Both the position numbers and the translations under genes were made by a program. DNA of 63,701 nt, counting the filler, from Phoronis australis (Eukaryota > Animalia > Phoronida): NCBI GenBank assembly GCA_002633005.1. It is 11 parts of 11 records of this genome, joined end to end, with 100 filler letters (N's around TTAATTAATTAA, not from the genome) between each part and the next. Parts side by side here need not be neighbours in the genome. Positions count along the whole stretch, not along the records: positions 1 to 15,085 come from NMRA01001425.1; positions 15,186 to 17,262 come from NMRA01003860.1; positions 17,363 to 29,822 come from NMRA01000670.1; 8 more parts are not named here. One strand, 5' to 3'. Shown piece after piece: positions 12,851 through 24,100 of the stretch (positions are counted from its first letter, which is position 1; each line of letters begins with the position of its first letter). The notes under the pieces are model-generated. The model made no database searches, was not told where the DNA came from, and saw nothing but the letters and a program-made list of their open reading frames with translations.

Positions 12851-14308
12851 ATGGGTGATACGATGTCTGAAACCTCAATACTCCCAAAGTGAGTAAGCGT
12901 AAAGGGAATGGCGGTGAGCCGCTCAATGAACCATTTTTTTCAGGGAGAAACTCAAAGGTTCCGTTTTGGCCAAATAGGGTTTACAAAGTGATGAGAATAT
13001 TTTAGCTCGCGGAAGACCCCGCGAGTACAACTTCAAGGTGACGTAACGGGATGTAACAGGAGAGGAGGTGTAATACCGATGAAACGGAGAATTCCATGCC
13101 ACGAATTGTGCAATGACACATGGCTTACCTCAAAATCCAACTGCTGCCTGGTGGTTTGCTAATAGGCCTACTCATGTTGCACACCCAGTAGAATTAATTA
13201 GGCCCACAATACGGCAACATTATACAAACGTTTTAGGTTATAAAAGTCCCATTTCTTGTCCAATTTTTAAAATTCAAAAACCCAATCACATGTACTTTTC
13301 ACGAACTATTTAAATATGCTACTTAAAAGCTTTAGAAACGAAAATTCAAAAATAGCATTGTCACCCAATGTGTTTACGGTGGGTCCGATTATCTAGGCAC
13401 CGTCAGCACCAGCAGCTCAAGGCGACGTAACGACTAAAACTGTATGTGGTCTAATGCGGGCATATTTCGAGGTTCGTAAACCGGTCGAGGTGTCCAATCT
13501 CGACCGGTGAGTGTGTCAACGTAGGAATCTTTTCGTGTAATATAAGGCCAGTGTTACGGAGGAGTACCGAACACTTCAAATACAAAGGACCTCACACCAT
13601 GCAGGTGTCGTATACACAGAATGAACTGATGGAGGGGCTTCCAAGAGGTAACGAAAAACAAAAAGCGAAATTCCAAATGCTAATCTATTACACTGAGGGC
13701 TCCTATCGAATGAAGTGTTTGTGAATGGGGTACCATATTTGATCAATGACCTATTACAGTGACGTCATTTCTTCTGTTTTGATGTGTTTCATACATGCAA
13801 ATGGCTATTGCCAGATAGTCAGGCGCCGAGTTCACATAGGCCTCGTCAGTCTACACACTCCAACTTTTGAATACGACTTCGCATATGATTTTTTTGGATC
13901 ACAGGATACACACTGCGATAGTGGTTAATAATTGGTACGCGACTTTTTAGGGGGAAACGTCAAATAATAGTCTAGCCCGCAGAGCTAAATTGTCGCTACA
14001 AATTACAGACATGTGGGCCCTTTTCAAATTATTAAGAGGTTAACCAGCATCATAAAAGATAACTTTTCTTAGGATTTGGGCACCAGGTTGAGCTGAAAGT
14101 GTTCTGGTGAGTATAAACCTTTTTCCAAATAAGTCGAACCCGACGCTTGGATTCGCCAAAACCACACACCTGCAGGATCAAGGGACCACGGAAGGTGCAT
14201 TTTTCGGCACCAAAATGGGACAGTGGAATTGATACTCCAATTTTCCAACGGCAAATTTCCCGTTTCGGAACTAAGTCGCTTTGGAGATCCGGCAGCCTTC
14301 ATACTTGA
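12851..14308 (+). CDS. Uncharacterised ~186-aa basic protein, six-exon gene model
   Basis: Exons 12851-12888, 13006-13150, 13397-13506, 13547-13647, 14073-14106 and 14176-14308 are all GT-AG bounded, phase-compatible and stop-free from ATG to TGA (MGDTMSETSILPNSRKTPRVQLQGDVTG...RFGTKSLWRSGSLHT*). The exon 2 donor (GTGGTT) is weak. No homolog recognised. Confidence 0.6.
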
Positions 14309-15085
14309 AATAATGCATAGTATTTCAATATAACAGAGCCACCCTAACCGCATGAGCCCAAGTCAGAATCCGGCCGAAGATTATAGTACATCAATGATGC
14401 CTTACACTGTTCATACTTCATCGAAAAACTTGAAATGTGTGTATGTAGAATAAATTAACGAAAACCCTTTCCTACGGTCACCAATTTAGTACACAGCCGG
14501 GGTGAGTTTCTTCAGTCAAAAGATATCACAAAACCATAAACAACTCATAACTTTCTGCCGCTGGTGTTTGCCTTGTTTTACTGTTCATTTTTAAGTGGGC
14601 GGGGTTTCCGTGGAAACATCATTACACATGGCGCAGTTAAGTGAGTACCCATCATGCAGTAGCCTACTCGGCAGTCACTCACTACGGCGGCCATTTTTGC
14701 TGGTGCAGCACCAGGGACAATGACAATTACACTAAAAAGGCCTACTAAATTCAGTTAAGTTTCAAAATATTCGGAGTTGTGTTGAATGAGCATTGTGAGA
14801 AAACTAACTTACATTAACATCCGCCTTAAGAGGCTTTCAAGAAAATGAAGTACTAGAAACATCTTTAAAGTAGCCAACAGTACCAGCATAAAATTCTTCC
14901 ATTTTGGACCAAATTTCTATTTTTGTTTTCTAAAAACTTTCTTCATCGAAGTTAAATAATTAAATCTTTACCATGTGTAGTTTGGTGACCACATTGCTGT
15001 ACACCATGATTACAATGAAGTCAACTTTCAGTAAAAGTTATTTTGGGAAAACAGTGGCGGATATACGTTTTCAGTAAGGGGGGAT

Positions 15086-15185
15086 NNNNNNNNNNNNNNN
15101 NNNNNNNNNNNNNNNNNNNNNNNNNNNNNTTAATTAATTAANNNNNNNNNNNNNNNNNNNNNNNNNNNNNNNNNNNNNNNNNNNN
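15086..15185. other. Artificial contig-joining spacer (44N-TTAATTAATTAA-44N; stop codons in all six frames)
   Basis: Identical 100-bp spacers also occur at 17263-17362, 29823-29922, 35707-35806, 46132-46231, 48257-48356, 51805-51904, 55091-55190, 57702-57801 and 61025-61124. A plain N gap sits at 59045-59090. Confidence 0.98.
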
Positions 15186-15865
15186 ACGCAGTGGTTTCGA
15201 AATTAGAAGTTACGTATCGACCAGGGTCGGTGCCCCCCCAATAATTTTTACCTTCCTACGGGGCTGCTGTCAGGTCTTCCAGAGCGCGCAGAGACCATTT
15301 CTAACCTGAGCAAGGAATATGACCAATTTCATAGCGCTTAACTGCGAATGAAGTGGCCTAATCTAGTCACAAGATGCACGTCTTTTTTAAACTGGTTTCA
15401 GAAAAAAGCTAGGAGGTTGCACATTTGTTTTGTGAAAGCAATGTTAAAAGTGGGGGATAAATACAGTGACAGCGATATCCTTATTTAGATCCCTAGTGGG
15501 ATTTAGAGAAAATTATTACTCAAGGGGCGCCCTGCACAAAAGGGTGACAATGGGTAAATATTTCAAAATGGGACTGATATCGAATTGCCAACTGGCACGA
15601 TGTAGGGTAAAAGCACACACGAAAAAAATAAACCGTTAAAACGGCACATTCATTTTACCGCGGGGCTGGAGAAACCTGTGGAAAACTCTGTACCATTGAT
15701 GCATGGACATGTCACCTCTCCTTGACACGACCATTTCTCGGACATGTGGGGAACATGCACTCAATGAGATCATGAAGCTGGCAGCGGTCACCGTCGGCTA
15801 CAGGCCGGGGCCGCACACCGCGGATAGCCCTCGCTACTACCTTCTGCCGAACCCGGCCGGCGTAA

Positions 15866-16065
15866 TTAGGCGGGCCTCAGCCACCGAAGCAGCCGGAGGC
15901 AGCGCAGGCAGGCTCCGGCGTAGCACTTAGGCGGGCCTCAGCCACCGAAGCTGCCGGAGGCAGCGCAGGCAGGCTCCGGCGTAGCACTTAGGCGNCAGCC
16001 GAGCTGCCGGAGGCAGCGGAGGCAGGCCCGGGCGTAGCACTTAGGCGGGCCTCAGCCGAGCTGCC
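15866..16065. repeat. GC-rich ~61-bp tandem repeat (~3.3 copies)
   Basis: Unit TTAGGCGGGCCTCAGCCACCGAAGCAGCCGGAGGCAGCGCAGGCAGGCTCCGGCGTAGCAC starts at 15866 and 15927, followed by degenerate copies. Confidence 0.85.
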
Positions 16066-17803
16066 CTCACAACACGGGCTACTGGTGTCAGCTTATCGCT
16101 TGAAGTCATCGTTTAAAACCAATAAATCATCAAACTTCGATGCAAAACCCTTGAAAATACATCGAGTTCTTATAAAAACGTGTTGTTTCATTTCGCTCTT
16201 GCGGATATATTTGTATTTAGACACACCGTATCCTTTCCGTAGCAGGAGTTTGGGGTCTGTTCGTAGATAATTTCGAAGTAGTTTCCGTGAGATACAGACA
16301 GGATAACCTAGATCTGTGTTGTTTAGACTTGTGGTTGTTTTAGTTCTTAACATTTAACACAAAATGTTTGTTATCCTGGCCAGTGGCTCGGAGCCCGATC
16401 AGGCCCGTCGCGGCCGGCCGGATTGACTCCGCCGTTATCCCGGCCAGTGGTTCGGAAACTGAACAAACATCACGAACATAAACCAGCCAAAGCTCTGTGG
16501 AAACTCAACTTCCAGTCAAGAAAATACTATACTAGTGAGCCAAAGTAATGTGCACGTGATTATGTTGGTGAATTAGCCACGAAACTGCAAATCTACTTAC
16601 TCGTTGGGGGCCGCGAATTCAGGTTCCGCTTTGTCCACAGCACCGTCAGGGCAGAAGTTGTACATTGACAATCATTATTTGAATAATGTAAATGTAAATA
16701 AAGATTCCCCTAACACCTGGCCGTGGGATGGAAATCGAGTTGTTTCACAACAGTTTCTGCCAGCAAACACTAAACTAGCATGAGCTCACACGGCCTCGGT
16801 GTCCCGTCAATTAGTTTTATTGCACCTACAGCCGGTAACGCAGTGATTTATTCATTGCTGGCTTCTCAAATCATTTGCACTCACGAACACCCCAAGGGCA
16901 TTACAATTAAATTGCATCTAATGAGACAGGCTTTGTTTCAGTTTTATATAAGTATTGGTTAGGGTGAGAATAATTCATTTTGAAACAGAACGCTCAGTGA
17001 TAAACGCCAACATGGCAACTCGCAATCCCGACTTAGGACGAGTTAGAGCTCATCAGTCCCGACTTCGCAGGTGGATCGTTAAGTTTTACAGGCTATCAAT
17101 TCGAACAGGATTACAGTGATGAAGAAATACTAGAGAGGCGCCGTGAACAAGCTCAGACAACGGAACGTAAAGACCCTATTCACGCGACGAGGCTCGCTAC
17201 GATAGCTCTGGTGGCTTATCCGCGTAGTTGTACTCCGCGTTGCTCGAACAGCTAGAAAAAATNNNNNNNNNNNNNNNNNNNNNNNNNNNNNNNNNNNNNN
17301 NNNNNNTTAATTAATTAANNNNNNNNNNNNNNNNNNNNNNNNNNNNNNNNNNNNNNNNNNNNGGCTGGTCACAATATAAATAAATGAACACACCCAAATT
17401 TCTGCATACCATAAATTTTTGAATAAAATGCCAAGCTGTTGCTGCATGCGAGTTCACGGTAGTCACACTCACCTTTTCTCGTTCCTTTTCCGTCAACAGA
17501 GCCTTGATGTGGATCAGAAATGACCTAGACATCGTTTTCAGCAACTGACCAGTCCACTCTGACTAGACAAAACAACCTGTGATATCAAGTCTAGCAGAAC
17601 GTACAGGATCTCCACATTGTGCTTGGCCAGGAACTCTGGGTCTGACACATTGTTGACGTCCGAGTAAAATGCCTGCTGTGCCGCAGCTGCAATGTCCAGT
17701 GTGGAAGTCCCCTGTCTTAGACTAACAGTCAATATGCCGCGCTGTTGATGTGTACCAGGACGTACTCATTATAGTGTCACATGCGCTTTGGGTACCTTGC
17801 ATC

Positions 17804-18586
17804 TGTCAGAACATAGACTGACAGTATTTGTAGTTGTATTGTTTTGTTTTGTTTTGTTTTGTTTTGTTTTGTTATTCTGTTTGATTGGCATGACCCCTGA
17901 GTTAAGTACAGTGATGATGTAATTTGTTTACTACAAAATAGTGTGGAACTTTCTAGAAGACTGAGGTCAGAACAGTGATGATGTAATTTGTTTACTGCAG
18001 TATAGTGTGGAACTTTCTAGAAGACTCTAGCATGACAGTGATTAATGCATTCTGGAATATTCTAGAGACTAGTATAAGTTTGTAGAATGGTTGGGTAGAT
18101 TCAGGAAAGTTCTACAATGTGCTCGAATTGATGTAAAGTTCTAAAACAATGCATTAGGCTATAAATACACAAGCACGGGTTTGTGTTAGTCAGAATCAAG
18201 TCGGGAGATCAAGTCAGATCAAGTCAGTTCACGAGAAGATCAAGTCAGTTAATCAGGAGAACTACAGTTGAGTTGCAGTGAAGAGAATCAGCAGTTACAG
18301 CGATAATCAATAGAGCCAGCTATTGAGACAGCAGGTTATTGAATCGACGAGTGTAACAGTTGCTGAACGTGTCTCAGAAGTTCATCACAAGTCAAGGCTT
18401 CGCAGCACTGGCTGGAGCATAAACAGACAATATGTCGGACGTTTTGTTTGAGTAGGCTTGTGAACATACGGTCGTGATTAATAAAGGATTAACTCGAACC
18501 AGTCTTCAGTCTATCGTCGCATCGAAAGCTATTAGCACCGGTTGGTAACCACATGCGCCCACCCACACACGGGGAAAAACGTGACA
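17804..18586 (+). mobile_element. Solo LTR (783 bp) with 5-bp target-site duplication
   Basis: Begins TGTCA and ends TGACA. Flanked by GCATC at 17799-17803 and 18587-18591. TATA-like TATAAATA near 18160, AATAAA near 18480, internal (TTTTG)n. Confidence 0.85.
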
Positions 18587-18988
18587 GCATCGCTTTCCAA
18601 AGGATTAGACACTTCGCCGTACTTGGCTAGCTCATCCGTGTGAAGAACGCAGCGCTACCCATTCACGCAATGTACAAAGCAGTGGCAAGCATTTTCAGCT
18701 GTCAGATTACGATAGGGATATGTGCGCTGAATTGATGAAGGTCCTTGCGAAACAACACCTGAAGAAGGGTTCCATACCGTCGCTGTTGATTCCCGGCAGT
18801 GCTCCGTAGCCACCCCCGAGAAGTGCGTTTTTGAAGCGAAAAGCCTCGCGAGCCGTGGCTACTATAAACAGTGACTGGAGGCACTTCATCTACTGTCACC
18901 CATGCCTCCAAATATACCCATAGCGTGCAATTCCAGGAACTAGCAGTGATTCTCCGTGTGCTGTTGTCTCTAGCACAGAGCCTTTAAG

Positions 18989-19472
18989 CAGCAACTGTTA
19001 CATTCGTCGATTCAACAACCTGCTGTCTGCGTAGCTGACTCTATTGACTATCGCTGTAACTGCTAATTCTCCTCACTGCAACTCAACTGCAGTTCTCCTG
19101 ATTGACTTTCTTGAACTGTTGATTATCTGACTAACACAAACCCGTGCGAGTGTATTTATAGCCTACATCAATTCAAGCATATTCAAGAACTTTCCTGAAT
19201 CTACACAACCATTCTACAAAAATGTACAAGTCTCTAGAATATTCCAGACTGCTTTAATCACTGTCATGCTAGAGTCTTCTAGAAAGTTCCACACTATACT
19301 GCAGGGAACAAATTATATCATCACTACTGAACTGTCTGCTAGAAAGTTCCATACTATTCTATAGTAAACAAATTACATCATCATTGTACTTAACTCAGGG
19401 GTCATGCCAATCAAACAGAACAACAAAACAAAACAATACAACTAAAAACATTTGCCAGTCTGTATTCTGACA
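18989..19472 (-). mobile_element. Inverted, diverged copy of the 5' part of the same LTR family
   Basis: The reverse complement aligns by eye with 17804-~18365 (e.g. GGCATGACCCCTGAGTTAAGTAC, GTGTGGAACTTTCTAGAAGACTCTAGCATGACAGTGATT) and starts with the same TGTCAGAA terminus at 19472. The far end and TSD are unresolved. Confidence 0.75.
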
Positions 19473-20374
19473 CTAGGAAAGAGGAGAGTTCTACTAAAAC
19501 TGTAAGGCAACGCCTCCTAGTTTGTGAACGACCTTTTTCTCAAACTGACTACAGATAAATACAGTGAGAGCTTAATGAATCAGATTATTCAATATCACCT
19601 ACCTATCTTGCTGCAGTTTCCAGGTGCGTGTGTGCTGCAGAAGCTCCCCCTGTTGCTGGAGATGCTGAGGATGACGTTGCTGCTGTTGCTCCTGCTGGAT
19701 CTCGTACCAACATGGCGGCAGCGTGGCCGATTAGCGCGGCATCAGGTTCTCAAACAATCTCAATTTGTGTAGTCTTTTTGCAGCAGATCGGTGGTAAGAC
19801 GCTGGTCAACAAGAAGGTCTTTAGTGAAGGAGAATATTGACGTTCTCTATTCACACATTACTACACAGTTCCATAGGGTTGTATTTATATGAGCCTCAGT
19901 CACTGAAATGACTATCCAGGTGTACAGTATGCAAACTGTTGAAGTCAGTTTTAAGTGCACCTCAACTTATACACACACAAGCTAATGATGGCAGATTATT
20001 TCTCCACTTACTATGATCACGTGATACCATCAAAATAATAGTTACACAAGTTTCGTTTTTACTCAGATAGGGCAATACCTAATCTGCAATACCATTGGTT
20101 TTTTGACACATCTTGGGAATGTGCCTTGGTCAATAGTTCGTGGCTGATTCTCTTTTATATAATTTGACGAGCATGTAATTCAGTTAAATTGTCAAATATG
20201 GCACTTCTTATCAAATCCAACAAATCAAATAGTCTTTTTTGAGAGTTACTAATGAAAAAAGTTACTTCTGACTTCACAGATGTGGTGAATCTCTTTTGGT
20301 AATACAACAGTCTCAAAAATAATAAAAATAGCCACTAGGTGGCACATAAAAATTAATTGCCACAAGGAGCTCAT

Positions 20375-20860
20375 TGTTACTGCAGACTGCAATGTTATGT
20401 TATGTTACGTTATGTAATTCCGATTAGGCGTACGAATACACTTGCTTCCCGCCATGTAAGAAGACTTTCTACAGTGTAGTTCTTGCGCCAGATGTCGCTC
20501 TCTCTGACCATTTATTTTGGTACCGCTCTATTTGAACGCCATTCCACAAACGTTTTATGGTGGATAAACGTCAATGTACATATTTAATTAGTTTCTTCGG
20601 AATTTGGTTCGACTTGGGGCAATACTGGCGTAAGTACTCATGTTTCTTACAATCCAGTTTATTTGCATTCATTAGTATGTTAGTTTTTCATGTTCTCTCA
20701 GGTGTACCTTAATGTTTTGAACGCTTGTTATTAATGTATACCTTTTGCCAGTTATCATGTTTCTTGGGCGTTGTCCTCCTAATTGTTACTGTATATACAT
20801 GGTAGAGCACTATGCAACACATAAGCTTGAACATAATTTTTTTTGGTTCTTTCAGTTTAC

Positions 20861-20895
<35 letters not shown>

Positions 20896-20975
20896 GCTAT
20901 CACGCCTCCTACTACCACAACATATTATGTCAATAAAGAGTAAAGCCCCCCGAACCTGTTTGTTTTGCTCCAACA
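20375..20975 (+). repeat. 5' LTR of the BEL/Pao element (contains a (CTA)n microsatellite)
   Basis: Direct repeat of 27557-28159; TG...CA termini; AATAAA near the 3' end. Confidence 0.95.
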
Positions 20976-21111
20976 TTTGTAAAGCCAATGGCCTGCTGTT
21001 CCACTGAATGGACTGCGACATGAATGGACTCTATGTGTATGAGTGCTACTGTGAGTCATTTCTATAGTGTCTTGTGAAGTTCCAGTAAACTGGCAGTGTT
21101 CAACGGTTATC

Positions 21112-24100
21112 ATGACGTCAGTTGCTGAGGGACCAGCTATCAATGACAAGTTGCCGCTAGGTAGCGATATTAGTATAGTGACAACATCTTCGTGTAAACA
21201 AGCGAAGACACCCCAGGCTACGACACAGGCCTCAGTGACTAAACTTACAAACAAGCTTAAGCATTTAATGAAGAACTCTGATAATGTTCATCTAGTTAAA
21301 GACGCTCTTGTAGAACTGGACAGTAACATCAAGATTTTTATTGATGCTCATGAACACTACTTATCAGTTTTGAAACATGACAGTAGTAAGCAGTTGCTTA
21401 AAGAGAAATTCTCGTCAAAGATGGGTGATTTTGATTTGTTTAGACAGAGTGTGTTGTCATGGATCGAAGAAACTGAGATTAACTCTCAGGACCTTATGGA
21501 ATCCGTGTCTCAGATATCTAACCCTACTAAATTTTCCAGTTATCAGTCAAGTACAAGGAGTTCCAAGTTATCCCTGTAGAAGGCAAGGATACAGAGTGCT
21601 ACTTTAGCGGCTGAGAAGGCATTACTCGAGCAGAGCTTGGCAGAAGAAGAGGCACTGAAACAAGAACAGCTACAGTGTGAACATAAATTGAAAAAACATC
21701 AGATGATGTCAGCATTGAACATGAAACTTGCAAAGGCTAAAGCTGAGGAGGACGTTTTAAACGCAGACGATATGTCCTCGCGTTCAACACCGTCAAAGTT
21801 GCCGAAACCCCCTTTGATGACTTCTTCTAGCGGCCACGTTCCACTCGTTAAGCCAACTGTATGTGATGCAATTGCAACTTCCGTCCAGCACAGTAGTTCG
21901 ATGCCCAACGCACCTCATGCATGTGCACAGATCCCCTGCTCCCAGCTGATGTCAGCGATGCGTCTGCCTCAACTGAAGCCTGTCAGGTTTGATGGCAACC
22001 CTAAAGCTTATCATACGCTTGTTGTGTCGTTCGATTCGCAGATTGCTTCATTGACGGCCAATCCTAGTGATCGATTGTTCTATCTGCACCAGTTTCTTGA
22101 CGGTGATGCAAAAGAGCTTATAACTGGTTGTCTCTACATGGATAAGGATGAAGGCTACAAACAAGCGCGTGCTTTGCTAGAGAAAGAGTACGGAAATCCC
22201 AACAAAGTTGCGATGTCCTATGTTAATCGTATAGCATGTTGGCCGACGATCAAACCAGACCACTCTATAGAGCTAAAGCGTTTTGCTATGTTCCTTACTC
22301 AATGTGAACAAGCAAGAAAGATGGTGCCAGACCTCGTCGTACTTGACCATACTCCGAATCTGCAAGAGATTCTCCAGAAGTTGCCGACGTACTTGTAGAA
22401 CAGATGGCGGGAATCTGCAGTCAAAATGCGTGCTCAGGGAAAGACCCCTGTGTTCGCTGATTTGTGTCACTTCGTTGTTGGAGCTGCCGAGGCAGCTAAC
22501 GACCCAGCGTTTGGAAAAGAAGCATTGTTCAAAAGCAAACCTGCCAGTGGGTTAACGAAGACTAAAAACAGTTTTGTCACAGGTGTGAAGTCTGGTGGAC
22601 CTCATTCGGACCCGTCGAAACAAGGAAGTGACTTGCAACAGCAAGGACTGTATTTGCATACATTGCTTTCAAATGCATGATATTGATGATTGTTCAGACT
22701 TTGCTCAATTAAGCGTCGAAGAACGACGGAAGTTTGTGTCTGAAAAGAGGTTATGTTTTGCATGTTTTCAGAGTGGCCATGTGTCAAAAGGGTCCTCCCA
22801 AAAGCGCCAGTGCAAAGTTTGCTTGCAACGACATCCTACATCTTTACACGTGGATGGGTTCAACATCAACGCACAACGGAAGACATCAGCAGAAAAACTT
22901 CAAGCTAGCACTTGTCATCTGAACGATTCTGACAGCAAGGTCATATTTCATGCCATATTGCCAGTGAGGGTGCAACAGTTAGGGAATGACCACTCTGTTC
23001 TAACGTATGCATTTTATGATAATGGTAGTAGTGGTTGTTTCATTACAGACGCACTGAAGAATGATCTGAACGCTTCAGCCGCAGAGGTGAACTTGGAGCT
23101 ACAAACGATGCACGGCAGTAGTATAATCAAGTCATCTATCATCCGCGACTTAGAGAGGTTACAGACATCAAGGGTGAGAATGCTATTGTCATCTATAAAG
23201 CTTACACAAGGGAAAAAATTCCTGTTGGTCACACTCAAGTCCCTAGGTCGGATGTCCTGTCTCGCATACATCACCTTGGTGAGATTGCTCCACTAATTCC
23301 TCCTTATTTTCCAGACCTCAATGTTGGGCTGCTGATCGGATCTAGTTGTGCTACGGCCCTGCAACCACTCAAGGTTGTCCCAGCCCGTGATGATGGTCCA
23401 CATGCTATGCTGTTACATCATGGTTGGACGGTGAACGGCCCAGTGAGCGTCACTTCAAATTGGCAAGTTTCGCATCGCCAAGCGTGTTATGGTATTCAGG
23501 CTACCGAAGTTGTCAAAGAAGTACCACTTCCGGAACCAAGGGAATTCGTGAGTGCCTTGGAGTCTGATTTTAAAGGATGCTGTGTAGGTAATGTTCCTAA
23601 CGAACGCGGGCCTTCCAGAGACGACGAGCGTTTTATGAAGATTGTGGAGCGATTGCTTCAACAAGACGACGGTCATTTCGAGGTGCCACTGCCTCTGAGG
23701 ACTGAAAGTATGGTGATGCCTAACAACCGTGCCCAAGCTGTGAAACGAGCAAGTTTTCAAAGGAAAAAGATGCTCAGTGAAAAGTTATTTTGATGACTAC
23801 AAGGCTTTTATCGACAAGCTGCTCACACATGGTTACGCTGAAAAGGTTCCTCTTCACGAAGTTCAGCGTGACGGTGGTGCAGTCTGGTATTTGCCACACC
23901 ATGGTGTTATTCATCCCCACAAGAAGAAACTTTGTGTAGTATTTGACTGTGCAGCAAGATATAGGAATATCTCACTGAATGATCAACTAATCCAAGGACC
24001 AGACCTTACTAACTCTGTGGTAGGTGTATTGCTATGGTTCCGCGACGGTCCTGTCGCTTTTATGGCTGACATTGAAACTATGTTCTATCAGGTACGTGTG

